From: Clostridia bacterium
GTDB lineage: Bacteria; Bacillota; Clostridia; TANB77; CAG-508
Direction: 5' to 3'
Assembly: GCA_022798335.1 (NCBI GenBank)
Contig: JAAWMH010000019.1
Location: forward strand, 11,417-75,416
Length of the DNA stretch: 64,000 nt
Shown here: in pieces, positions 9,086-19,383 of the stretch
How positions within the stretch are numbered: the first letter of the stretch is position 1
Layout: each line of letters starts with the position of its first letter
Notes under the pieces: model-generated
Seen by the model: the letters and a program-made list of their open reading frames with translations, nothing else
What the model was told of the DNA's origin: nothing
Database searches by the model: none
Program-made: the position numbers and the translations under genes

Positions 9086-12000
9086 ATGAAAGTAAAACAA
9101 AAATTAATAGCCATTTTAATGACTACTATTATGCTTGGTAGTAATTTATTGATGCTTGGAAATCAGGTAATAGCAGTAGCAGATGAATTACAAATGCAAA
9201 ATAGTAAAACAACACATGCAAACATAGAATTTAATAGTTATTTAGAAACAAATACCCATAAACAAACTTACAGTATAAAAGATGGAGGAAAAATATACAT
9301 AGAACTTGCTGTAAAAGAAAGTGGTTATTTAAAAAATGGAATTGTAGAACTAAAAAATAGCAATTATGAAATAGACGAAAGTAAAATAGATACTACAAGT
9401 ATTGAAAAAATACAAAATGGGAAGATCTATTTGAAACAAATTTCATATGGTCAAAACGTGTTAATAGAATTGCCAATTACTTTAAAAAGAAGAGACAAAA
9501 TAGAAAAAGACATGTTTAGCAAAATTTCAGAAGTAAGTTTTAACGGAACTTATGTAGAAGGAAACGGAAAAGAAAAAGTAATTGAAAAGACAATTCAAAA
9601 TGAAATAAGTTGGAGCACGCAGCCAGAAATAGAGCTTACAGGAGATATTACAAAATACTTGCCATATCAAGTAGGTGAAACTTATGGACTTATGATACAA
9701 GCTAAAATAAATAGTAGTATAAAAGAAGTAGTATTACCAATTTCTAGTACTAACTTAGAAATTTTAGCACCAACTATCAAAATGCAAAAACCACAAAAAG
9801 TTACAGTAGTAGCAAATAGCACAAAAGCAACTAATGGAAGTCAAAATGAAGCAGCCTTCACAAAACAAAACTATCAATATGATGAACAAACAGGAAAAGT
9901 AATATTGCAAACACAAAATAATCCAGATGTACAAGGAAACATTGCTTGGATGGAAGGCAAAGATGAATATTTAGTAAGCTTCTTCTATGAAGGCAAAGAA
10001 ATTTATGATAATGCATTAGAAAATTTAAACAAAACCCAAAAAGAACAATTAAACATACCAATAAAAGCAAATATGCAAGTATATGGAGTAGAAGAAAATG
10101 TAGAAATAGAAGGAATGCTACCATATATCATAGAAGAACAAAAAGGAGAGTTAGTAGACTTTGCATTTGATAGTACAAAAGAAGTAAGCAAAGGATATTT
10201 ATATGCAAACTATGTAAAAGATACAAAACAAGAAACAACATATAATTTAAACTATGAAGCACAAATTTATCATGAAGACTCAGCACGATATATAGAAATA
10301 AAAGAAGCAGAAACAAAAATAGAAGCAACAAGACAAATAATAGTAGGAAACAACAGCATAACAAAAAATATAAAAATAGAAGAAGCTGTTTTCCATAAAA
10401 TATTAGGAGAAGAAGGAAGTATACAAATAACAGATACACAAGGAAATGTATTAGGACAAATAAATAAAGAAACACCAAAAGATGAAGAGGGAAATTTATT
10501 TTTAGATCTTACAGACAAAAAAGTAAATACCATTCATATCAAAACAACAAAACCAGTCCAAGAAGGAAAAATACAAATAAAAGTACAAAAAGCATTTACA
10601 AGCACACAAACTATTTCAGAAGAACAAATGAAAGAAGCTACTAAAATAATAGTAGGAGCAGAACAAAAAACCAATATACAAAGCAAAAATTTTACAAAAG
10701 AAATTACTATGAAAGAACCAGTTAGCAAAGCACAAATAAGCATAGAAGATGAAAAAGCATTATCTACTGTTCTTTTAAATGAAAATGTAAATATTAGAGT
10801 AGTATTAGACAATTCAAGTCTAGACTGTGCTTTATACAAAAATCCAAGTTTAAGAATTGAACTACCAACTTATATTAGTAAAGTAGAATTAAAAAATACA
10901 AACTTACTTATGAATAATGGACTAGAAATAAAAGAAACAAAAATAGTAAAAGAAGAAGGAAAACAAGTTATTTATGTAACATTAGAAGGAACACAAACAC
11001 AATATGCTATAGGTGCAGAATATAAAGGAACTATTTTGCTATTAAATACCAATATAGAAGTAGAAGCATTAACACCAAGCAATGAGAGCGAAATTATCAT
11101 GACTTATACAAATGAAAACGAAAAAGAAGAAAACTATCAAGGGCAAGCAAAAACAAAAGCAAAATTTGTAGCACCAACAGGAATAGTAGCAGCAAATGGA
11201 ATTACAGGATATAGCAAAAATAAAAGCGGTATTTTATCAATATCATCACAAAATGTAGAAGCAACTGTAGAAACTTATGCAGATAAAAAAATAGCAACAG
11301 TACTAGGAAAAGTAATGAATAACTATGAAAATAAAATAGCAAATGTTGTTATATTAGGAAGACTTCCAGCGCAAAACAATAAAGCAATTGATTCAAATGA
11401 GGAGCTAGGGTCAAACTTTACAGCACCTTTAAAATCAGAAATAAAAATAACAGGAATAACACAAGAAAAATATACTATTTACTATTCAATAAAAGAAGAC
11501 GCAAGCAAAGATTTAGAAGATACAGAAAATGGTTGGAGTACTACCAGAGATGAAAATGCAAAATCTTATTTAATAGTAACAAATAACTATGAAATAGAAC
11601 CAGGAGAAAAAATAGACTTTGAATATGAAGTAGAAATACCAAAAGACCTAAGCTACAATAGTAGCAGTTATGCAATGTATAAAGTATATTATGATAATGT
11701 ATCTACAGTAGGAACCATAGCAGAAACAAAAACATCGCCAATTGTAAAAATAGCAACAGGTCAGGGACCAGAATTAGATGTAAAAATAGCACCAAATGTA
11801 GAAACAATAAAAGAAGGTCAAATTGTTAAAATGAAAGTAACTGTTCAAAATACAGGAGAAATAGCAATTAACAACGCAAAGATTAATATACCAAAGCCAG
11901 AATATACAAACTTTGCAAACTTTTATGCAGGAGTAGGATTTGAAGAAGACAAAGAAATAGATCAAAAAACAATTAAATTAGGAAGTTTAGAGCCAGGAGA

Positions 12001-14071
12001 AACAAAAAATACTTATTACTATTTAAAAATAGATGATAATACTACATCATTTTCAGTAGCAGATCCAGAAAATGTAACAGAAGAAGAAGAAAAGAAAATA
12101 GAAGAAGCACAAAAATTTCCAAAGACTATTACTCACAAAGTAACAATTACAGCAGATGAAATTCAAAATGGAGAAATACCATCAAATGAATATACTATGA
12201 GTATACAAAAAGGTGCAATTTCTATTAAAATGGTTGGAAACATTGCAGAAGAAGCAGTTTTACACGAAGGACAAGAAGTAACTTATAATATTTATCTTTT
12301 TAACATCAGTAGAGAAGAAAGCTTAAGAAATGTAGTAGTAAGTATTCCGCTAGGAAATGCTTTAAGTTATATAAGTGCTAGTATGAAAGATAGTTTTACA
12401 GATACAAATGAAACAACTACAGGAATTACTTATAATGAGCAAACAAATAGTGTACAAATTGCTATAGATACATTTACAACAACAAAATTTATAACATTAA
12501 ACTTAAAAGTAAAAAAATTAGATGAAAATTTCTCAATTATGGCAACAGCAACAGCAGAAGGAAAAGAAGAACAATACTCTAATAAAGCAGAATACACAGC
12601 AGAAAAAATAAAAATAGAAGTATCAGAATTAACTTCTAGCCCTAAATATATACCAGAAAAAGAAGAAGTTACCTATAAATTTAACATAACTAATAAAGGA
12701 AACAGTACAGTTTATGGAATAAAAGTAACAGATACCTTGCCACAAGGAATTACTTTTAAAGAAGTTGTTATTACACGTGATGGAAAACAAGATAAAGTTA
12801 CTAATATGATAAAAGGAGAAGTAGTAGCATCAATTACCGCATTACAGCCAGAAGAAACAGCACAAGTTGAAATAAAGGCAAAAGCAGACTTATTAGAAGA
12901 CAAAAACGAAAAAACAATACAAAATAAAGCAAATGTAGTAGTAGGAACTTTAGAAACAATAGAAACAAATACAGTAACTAATATTATTGAATACAATGAA
13001 GACGCACATAAACAACCAATAAAAGACCCAGAAAGTAGTAGATACAAAATTAGTGGAACAGCATGGATAGACGAAAATCAAAACGGAAAACGTGATGAAG
13101 ATGAAAAACTATTAAGCAATGTACCAGTTATGTTAATCAATAAAAAAGACAATTCTATAGTAAAAGATCCAACTTCTAACCAAGAAAAAAGAACTACTAC
13201 AACTAGTAAAGGAACTTATCAATTTACTAATATACCAAAAGGAGAATATCTAGTAATATTCTTATATGATGCTTCAAAATATAGCTTAACTACTTATCAA
13301 GCAAAAGAAGTATCAGAAGAGCTAAACTCAGATGCAATTGATATTAGTATTGTGTTAGATGGAAAAAAACAAATAGCAGGAATTACAGATGTTATTAAAA
13401 TCACAAATACAAATGTAAGAGATATAGACATAGGAGTATATGTAGCAGAAAAATTTGACTTAAAATTAGATAAATATATTACTAAAATTACAAGAACTAC
13501 TCCAACAGCAGGAACAAAAGTATTTAATTATAACAATTCAAAACTACAAAAAATAGAAGTATTAGATAGAAACATAGGAAAAAGTTCTATTATAGTAGAA
13601 TACAAAATTGTAGTAACAAATGAAGGAAAAATACCAGGATATGCAAGAAAAATAGTAGATTATTTACCACAAGATGCAAGATTTAATACAGAAATTAACA
13701 AAGATTGGTATTTATCAGAAGGCAGTCAAAATGTATATAATGCAAGTTTAGCAGACACCATTTTAATGCCAGGAGAAAGTAAAGAATTAACATTAGTATT
13801 AAGCTTTAATATTACAAACAAAAATATAGGACAAACTCTAAATAATAATGCAGAAATATATGAAAGCTATAATGAACAAGGATTAGATGATATGGATTCA
13901 ATACCAGGAAATAAAGTAGCAGATGAAGATGACATATCACATGCAGACATTGTTTTAGCAGTAGTAACAGGTGGACAAATTATTCTATATGCAACATTAA
14001 CATTAATTATCATTACAGCAATTGGATTTGGAATTTATGAAATTAAAAAGAGAGTTTTAACAAAAAATTAG
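9086..14071 (+). CDS. giant surface protein A1 (signal peptide, Cna-B/SdrD-B-like and DUF11-like repeats, C-terminal membrane anchor)
   Basis: 1661 aa, with GGAGG 9 nt upstream. The signal peptide is MKVKQKLIAILMTTIMLGSNLLMLGNQVIAVA. An SdrD-B-like segment reads GTAWIDENQNGKRDEDE...GTYQFTNIPKGEYLVIF. The terminal repeat reads NNNAEIYESYNEQGLDDMDSIPGN..EDD. The tail is VVTGG plus a hydrophobic helix plus KKRVLTKN. Confidence 0.8.
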   Translation: MKVKQKLIAILMTTIMLGSNLLMLGNQVIAVADELQMQNSKTTHANIEFNSYLETNTHKQTYSIKDGGKIYIELAVKESGYLKNGIVELKNSNYEIDESKIDTTSIEKIQNGKIYLKQISYGQNVLIELPITLKRRDKIEKDMFSKISEVSFNGTYVEGNGKEKVIEKTIQNEISWSTQPEIELTGDITKYLPYQVGETYGLMIQAKINSSIKEVVLPISSTNLEILAPTIKMQKPQKVTVVANSTKATNGSQNEAAFTKQNYQYDEQTGKVILQTQNNPDVQGNIAWMEGKDEYLVSFFYEGKEIYDNALENLNKTQKEQLNIPIKANMQVYGVEENVEIEGMLPYIIEEQKGELVDFAFDSTKEVSKGYLYANYVKDTKQETTYNLNYEAQIYHEDSARYIEIKEAETKIEATRQIIVGNNSITKNIKIEEAVFHKILGEEGSIQITDTQGNVLGQINKETPKDEEGNLFLDLTDKKVNTIHIKTTKPVQEGKIQIKVQKAFTSTQTISEEQMKEATKIIVGAEQKTNIQSKNFTKEITMKEPVSKAQISIEDEKALSTVLLNENVNIRVVLDNSSLDCALYKNPSLRIELPTYISKVELKNTNLLMNNGLEIKETKIVKEEGKQVIYVTLEGTQTQYAIGAEYKGTILLLNTNIEVEALTPSNESEIIMTYTNENEKEENYQGQAKTKAKFVAPTGIVAANGITGYSKNKSGILSISSQNVEATVETYADKKIATVLGKVMNNYENKIANVVILGRLPAQNNKAIDSNEELGSNFTAPLKSEIKITGITQEKYTIYYSIKEDASKDLEDTENGWSTTRDENAKSYLIVTNNYEIEPGEKIDFEYEVEIPKDLSYNSSSYAMYKVYYDNVSTVGTIAETKTSPIVKIATGQGPELDVKIAPNVETIKEGQIVKMKVTVQNTGEIAINNAKINIPKPEYTNFANFYAGVGFEEDKEIDQKTIKLGSLEPGETKNTYYYLKIDDNTTSFSVADPENVTEEEEKKIEEAQKFPKTITHKVTITADEIQNGEIPSNEYTMSIQKGAISIKMVGNIAEEAVLHEGQEVTYNIYLFNISREESLRNVVVSIPLGNALSYISASMKDSFTDTNETTTGITYNEQTNSVQIAIDTFTTTKFITLNLKVKKLDENFSIMATATAEGKEEQYSNKAEYTAEKIKIEVSELTSSPKYIPEKEEVTYKFNITNKGNSTVYGIKVTDTLPQGITFKEVVITRDGKQDKVTNMIKGEVVASITALQPEETAQVEIKAKADLLEDKNEKTIQNKANVVVGTLETIETNTVTNIIEYNEDAHKQPIKDPESSRYKISGTAWIDENQNGKRDEDEKLLSNVPVMLINKKDNSIVKDPTSNQEKRTTTTSKGTYQFTNIPKGEYLVIFLYDASKYSLTTYQAKEVSEELNSDAIDISIVLDGKKQIAGITDVIKITNTNVRDIDIGVYVAEKFDLKLDKYITKITRTTPTAGTKVFNYNNSKLQKIEVLDRNIGKSSIIVEYKIVVTNEGKIPGYARKIVDYLPQDARFNTEINKDWYLSEGSQNVYNASLADTILMPGESKELTLVLSFNITNKNIGQTLNNNAEIYESYNEQGLDDMDSIPGNKVADEDDISHADIVLAVVTGGQIILYATLTLIIITAIGFGIYEIKKRVLTKN

Positions 14072-14089
14072 AGGAAAGGAGGAGAAAAA

Positions 14090-17000
14090 ATGGTACAAAA
14101 TAAAAAAATAAAATATGTAATAGTAGTTATCATAATAGCAATGGCTTTTATAGCAATAGGAATTTCTAACTTATTAGTACAATCTATGAATAAAATATAT
14201 CAGCCAGCGCTATCTAAGCTAAGTGAAGAAATGAACCCAGGAAAGCCAGCAGAAGGAGAAACAGACCCAGGGAGCTATAATTATAATGTAAATATACCAC
14301 ACTTTGAAATAAAAGATACTTCACAAACAACAGGAGACCCAGAATGGTTGCCGCTATATGGAAACTTTGAAATTTACTGTATTCAACCAGGAGTAGGACT
14401 TAGATATGGTTGGGAAGTAGAATATGAAGTGGCTTTAAGTTTAGTAGGAAAAACTTTCTCAAGTGCTCATGGATGTGCTACTTTGCCACATGAAGGAGAT
14501 AGAACACCAGTACAATTCACACCAGAAGGTGGAGGAACTCTATCACCAGCAATAGCTTATATTATTTCAGATGAGCCAGTAGGAGTATGGACAAGAAATA
14601 AGCAACTTGGAGTATGGAACTTATACTATAAATACGTAACAGACCCAGACACAGGAGAAACTCATAGATTAGATGGTGGGCTTATCATGTCAGACCCAGC
14701 AAATTCTACAACAGGTTGTGGACCATCTACTTATGACCAAGAAGCAGAAGACTATGGAGATTTTGACATTAAAGTAAGAGACAAAGGAATGAGGCCAGAA
14801 GATCAAACTGTTTATGAAGAAGTATATGTAGATGTAGACCAAACAAAAGATGAACTTACAGTAGGACCATTTACAATAGATTATACTACTGGTGTATATG
14901 GAGATATCGCTTTTGGTGGAATATCAGATATGAAACTAAAAGGATATAATAAAGAAGAAAATGAAGTAAGAGATGACATAGAAGTAGAAAGATTTGTTTT
15001 TGAAGACGATTTAAATGAAGGAAAAGAGCCAGAATACTTTGAACCAGACAATATGAAAGTAGATGAAACAGAACAAGTATATCCAGAGCCAGGAAAAAAA
15101 TTCTGGGTAGTTATTAAAAACCCAAATGCAGGACTTTCAGAAGATGACCCAGATAGAATAGCATCTGTTAACTTAAAAATTAAATTTCAGCGTATGCAAG
15201 CAGATGGAAAATATACAAGAATAAAAGCAACAAGATATACAGTAATTGCAAGTCCACATGTGGATACACCGCATAAAGACCCTATCCCTGGTATAGTTGG
15301 ATGGGGACAATATGGACCAATATGGGGAATAATAGGATATAGAGATTGCCATTCATGCATAAAAACAGGAGCATTATCTGCAGAACAAATGCAATGGTTA
15401 ATGGCGGCAGATGCAAAAAGAACGATTTTTGAAGAAGAAATAGAACTAGACAAAGTAAAAGTAAGTATTACTATGGATCTAGGAGGACACGTATGGGAAG
15501 ACTCAAAAACAGGAAAAGAATCTTTAGCAGATGGTGTAAGCAATACCTCAGGAACAGACGAAAATGGAAACGAATTTGATAGAAGACTAAAAAATGTAAA
15601 AGTAACACTATACACAGAAGATGGAGAAATAGCACAGCTATTATCAGATCCAAATAAAGGCGAAATTATGTCAAGAGTAAACCCAACTTATACCAATGAA
15701 GATGGAGAATACTTCTTTAAAGGAATAGACCCAATGAAAAAATACTATGTAACCTTTGAATATAATGGACAAATATACTTACCAACAGAATATTTAGTAG
15801 GTGGAAGTGGCAATGTAGAAGCAAGCATAGGAATTTATAATACCGAAATTTGGGAGGTAAACTCAAAAGGAACAGAAAAACCAGAAGACCGAGACGCATA
15901 TGACAATAAATTTGCACAAATAGGATCTTACCCAGAAAACTACCCATCAGATAATGAAATAGGTGGAAAAAACGGATATAATGCAACCTTTACACAAAAA
16001 GACTTAATGGGATATACTTTAAGCCCACAAGGAGATTATGTACAAACAGAGCAACAACTAATAGATGGCTTCTTATATGATAACGAAGGAAATCAAACAA
16101 GTGAATATCAAGATGGCGTAATATCTACCAAAATAAGAGAATACATAGAACAAAATAAGAAATTTCCAGATGAAGACGAATTAAAAGGAATCTATCAGCA
16201 AATTGCAGGTGGAGACGAAGAAACCTTGATGAAATTACAATTTATAGAAGACTGCAAAATAGAATCTTATACACAAGCCCAAGGAGGAGACTACGACTTA
16301 TATCCAGTATACGATATCTTCAGAATTAATCATGACACGGCAAATACAGAATTTGAAACTTTAAAAGAAGCACGTGAAGGAGATTATGACTTAACAGTAG
16401 AAGTAATTGAAGGAACAGAAAGAAAACCAATTTATCCAGGACAATTCTATATAAACCAAGGTTTATGGAGAAGACAAGAATCAGATATTTACTTAAGAAA
16501 AGACGTTTATAAAGCAACTTTAAAAATCAATGGAAGAACTGAAGTATATGACTATGATGAAAGAGACTTACTAACCCAAGGCGAAAGAGATACTTTAGAT
16601 AGGCTAGAGATAGAATATGGAAAAGATAGTGACCAGTACTTAGATTATGAACAATCACTAGACTTAGACCAAAGATTCTGGGAAATCAGATCAAGAATTG
16701 CAAATGGAATGTATGACTACTATTATGGAGAAGGTTATACAAGACCAATCTATCCATCAGATTATGAGTATACAGGACAAAATAAATTAGAAGCCTATGT
16801 AACCTATAAAATTACAGTAAGAAATCAATCACAAAGTATTCTAATGCAAGTAGATGAAATTGTAGACTACTTTGACTCAAGCTATACCTTTATGCCAAAC
16901 CTATCATGGGTAATGTATAGAGGAGACCACGAAAATAAAGAAGACATTAGAGTAAGAGACCAAGAATTCTATGATATTATGACAAGTGGCAACAAAAATG

Positions 17001-19279
17001 TATCAGGAGCAGGAAAATTCAGAGATGTAAATGCATCAGCAACAGGAAATTACTCAGCAAATACAAGATTTAGTTTAGGAAGTAACTATAATAGCGTATA
17101 TGTTAATGGACTAGCAGGACATAAATTTATAACAGGCGAAAATGGTTATGTATATCTAACCTTTAAAGTAAATGGAGAAGGAAACTCACTATCCATTGAA
17201 AACAGTAATACTGAAGCAGGAAAACAAAATATATCAGAAATTAATGGATATACTACCTATTATGCAGATGGAACAACTTTACCAAATGGAATTACAAAAG
17301 GATCAGGAGACTATGCAGGAATTATAGACAGAGACTCAAACCCAGGTAACTTTACCAAAGAAAAATTAGAAGATAAAGCACAAGGACGTTATGAACACCA
17401 CTTTGAAGACGACACAGATAGAGCAAGAGGAATAACAGTTTATGTAGATGACAACTTAATAAGAAAAGTAAGTGGAGTTGTATGGGAAGACAAAAGAACT
17501 CATCAGCCAGATGGAACAGATGCATTAGTAGGAAATGGTGTAAGAGAAACAGGAGAAGTAACAGTTGGAGATATAAAAGTAGAATTACATGAAGTAGTAA
17601 ACGGAAAAACAAATGAAGAAATAGCTAAAATTTGGAATGGAAGTAGCTGGGTAGATGCAGTGGCAACTACGGGGGCAGACGGAAAATACCAATTTGAAGG
17701 CTATGCACCAGGAGACTACATTGTAAGGTTCTTATATGGAGGAACACACTATAATGGACAAGACTTCAAATCAACTAGTTACCAAACAAACCATACCAAT
17801 AATACCAAAATTGATCAAAACGGACAAACAGACGTAAGCGGACCAGGATACTTACACTATTATGGATATACAGATCCAAATGACAGCAAACAAAATGAAA
17901 CAGCAGGAATAGGATACAATATTTATAAATCAGACTTATATGAACAAAACTTATCAGATGCAAAAGACATATGGAGTAAAAGAGAGGCAGTAAATAAATA
18001 CTCTAGTAACAATTATGGAGGTGTTACGAATAACCTAGCACAAGAATTAGATAATCATACATCAGGAAGCAAACTAGATATGACAGCAGAAACAGGAGTT
18101 ATTCGTATGGAAATAGAATACAACAGAGAAACCTCACAAGGAAATAACACTTATGATAATAACGGTTATCGTGGAGACTCTCAAAATCATCCAATGGATT
18201 ACGAAAATGGAAACAATGTAAATAATCAATATCATTTACAAGATGTAGACTTTGGGCTAGAAGAAAGACCAAAAGCACAGTTAGAACTTAACAAACAAGT
18301 AAGCAATGTAAAAATAACATTAGCAAACCAAACAATATTATTTGATACGACCCAAAAAGTAGAAGACTTAATTTGGCAATCAAAAACACCATATAACATT
18401 AACGAAGAAAAAGAAACAACAACCTATGATACAGTAGGACCAAATGTAAAAACAAATAGTGCAAAAAATGCATATAGTGATTATACAAGATATGACGACT
18501 TTAGAAATGCAATCAATGAAAGAATAGAAAGTATAGTAACAAAACAAAAAGGACTAATACAAGCAACCATGGACGAAGAGTTAATGCATGGAAGTACTAT
18601 CCAAATTACGTATGACTTTAAAGTTACAAACGTAGGAGAAGTAGACTATAAAGAAACAACATTCTACTATACAGGAAAAGTACAAAACAAAGGCACCATT
18701 GTAAAAACTTCATCAGATGTAGTAGTAGACTATGTAGCAAACAATTTACAATATAGAGAAGACAGTAACGACGAAAAATGGGGCTGGAAAACAGTAAGGC
18801 TAGAAGAATTAACAAGAAATGGATATATAAATGACGAAGTAAAAGCAGAATTAGAAGGAACACCAGACCCAGCAACAAAGAAAAACACAATACTTCAAAC
18901 AGAAAGCCTAAAGAAAGGATTAATACCATTAACAAAAGGAACAAAAGACAGTAAAGAAACTTATGTAGAAACACAATTGATTTTAACACAGTTAATCACT
19001 TCACAAAATAAAGAAGATGACCTAAGTTATGGAAACATAGCAGAAATTGTAAAAATTTCAAATGACGTAGGAAGAAGAATGGCATACTCAGTACAAGGAA
19101 ATCAAAAACCAAGTGAGCTTCCTACAGAGGCAGATGCAAGTAGAGCAGAACAAGTAATCATCTTACCACCATTTGGAGAGCAGTATCTATACTTAGGACT
19201 AGGCATATTAGTGGTATTATTACTCGGAGTCAGCATTGTTGTTATCAAAAAAACAGTATTAAATAAAAATAAATTCTAA
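14090..19279 (+). CDS. giant surface protein B1 (N-terminal TM, possible thioester domain, SdrD-B-like repeats, ILPPFG plus TM tail)
   Basis: 1729 aa, RBS AGGAGGAG. It contains FEIYCIQPG (Cys97) and KQLGVW (Gln172). Two (G/S)xVWED...DG.Y.F....G.Y modules are present. The C-terminus is VIILPPFGEQYLYLGLGILVVLLLGVSIVVIKKTVLNKNKF. Confidence 0.8.
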   Translation: MVQNKKIKYVIVVIIIAMAFIAIGISNLLVQSMNKIYQPALSKLSEEMNPGKPAEGETDPGSYNYNVNIPHFEIKDTSQTTGDPEWLPLYGNFEIYCIQPGVGLRYGWEVEYEVALSLVGKTFSSAHGCATLPHEGDRTPVQFTPEGGGTLSPAIAYIISDEPVGVWTRNKQLGVWNLYYKYVTDPDTGETHRLDGGLIMSDPANSTTGCGPSTYDQEAEDYGDFDIKVRDKGMRPEDQTVYEEVYVDVDQTKDELTVGPFTIDYTTGVYGDIAFGGISDMKLKGYNKEENEVRDDIEVERFVFEDDLNEGKEPEYFEPDNMKVDETEQVYPEPGKKFWVVIKNPNAGLSEDDPDRIASVNLKIKFQRMQADGKYTRIKATRYTVIASPHVDTPHKDPIPGIVGWGQYGPIWGIIGYRDCHSCIKTGALSAEQMQWLMAADAKRTIFEEEIELDKVKVSITMDLGGHVWEDSKTGKESLADGVSNTSGTDENGNEFDRRLKNVKVTLYTEDGEIAQLLSDPNKGEIMSRVNPTYTNEDGEYFFKGIDPMKKYYVTFEYNGQIYLPTEYLVGGSGNVEASIGIYNTEIWEVNSKGTEKPEDRDAYDNKFAQIGSYPENYPSDNEIGGKNGYNATFTQKDLMGYTLSPQGDYVQTEQQLIDGFLYDNEGNQTSEYQDGVISTKIREYIEQNKKFPDEDELKGIYQQIAGGDEETLMKLQFIEDCKIESYTQAQGGDYDLYPVYDIFRINHDTANTEFETLKEAREGDYDLTVEVIEGTERKPIYPGQFYINQGLWRRQESDIYLRKDVYKATLKINGRTEVYDYDERDLLTQGERDTLDRLEIEYGKDSDQYLDYEQSLDLDQRFWEIRSRIANGMYDYYYGEGYTRPIYPSDYEYTGQNKLEAYVTYKITVRNQSQSILMQVDEIVDYFDSSYTFMPNLSWVMYRGDHENKEDIRVRDQEFYDIMTSGNKNVSGAGKFRDVNASATGNYSANTRFSLGSNYNSVYVNGLAGHKFITGENGYVYLTFKVNGEGNSLSIENSNTEAGKQNISEINGYTTYYADGTTLPNGITKGSGDYAGIIDRDSNPGNFTKEKLEDKAQGRYEHHFEDDTDRARGITVYVDDNLIRKVSGVVWEDKRTHQPDGTDALVGNGVRETGEVTVGDIKVELHEVVNGKTNEEIAKIWNGSSWVDAVATTGADGKYQFEGYAPGDYIVRFLYGGTHYNGQDFKSTSYQTNHTNNTKIDQNGQTDVSGPGYLHYYGYTDPNDSKQNETAGIGYNIYKSDLYEQNLSDAKDIWSKREAVNKYSSNNYGGVTNNLAQELDNHTSGSKLDMTAETGVIRMEIEYNRETSQGNNTYDNNGYRGDSQNHPMDYENGNNVNNQYHLQDVDFGLEERPKAQLELNKQVSNVKITLANQTILFDTTQKVEDLIWQSKTPYNINEEKETTTYDTVGPNVKTNSAKNAYSDYTRYDDFRNAINERIESIVTKQKGLIQATMDEELMHGSTIQITYDFKVTNVGEVDYKETTFYYTGKVQNKGTIVKTSSDVVVDYVANNLQYREDSNDEKWGWKTVRLEELTRNGYINDEVKAELEGTPDPATKKNTILQTESLKKGLIPLTKGTKDSKETYVETQLILTQLITSQNKEDDLSYGNIAEIVKISNDVGRRMAYSVQGNQKPSELPTEADASRAEQVIILPPFGEQYLYLGLGILVVLLLGVSIVVIKKTVLNKNKF

Positions 19280-19284
19280 AAAAA

Positions 19285-19311
19285 GGGAAAAAGGGCCAGT
19301 CCCCTTTTCCC
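19285..19311. repeat. REP-like palindrome, subtype 2 (GGGAAAAAGGGCCAGTCCCCTTTTCCC)
   Basis: It lies directly after the B1 stop. A homologous element follows the B2 stop (33072-33102), and both are followed by CCTTTT(T)GGGG. Confidence 0.7.
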
Positions 19312-19383
19312 TTTTTGGGGTAATTAGGAACAAGTCAAGAACATATCACTTTAAAAGAGTATTTATTATGGAAGGAAAAAATA

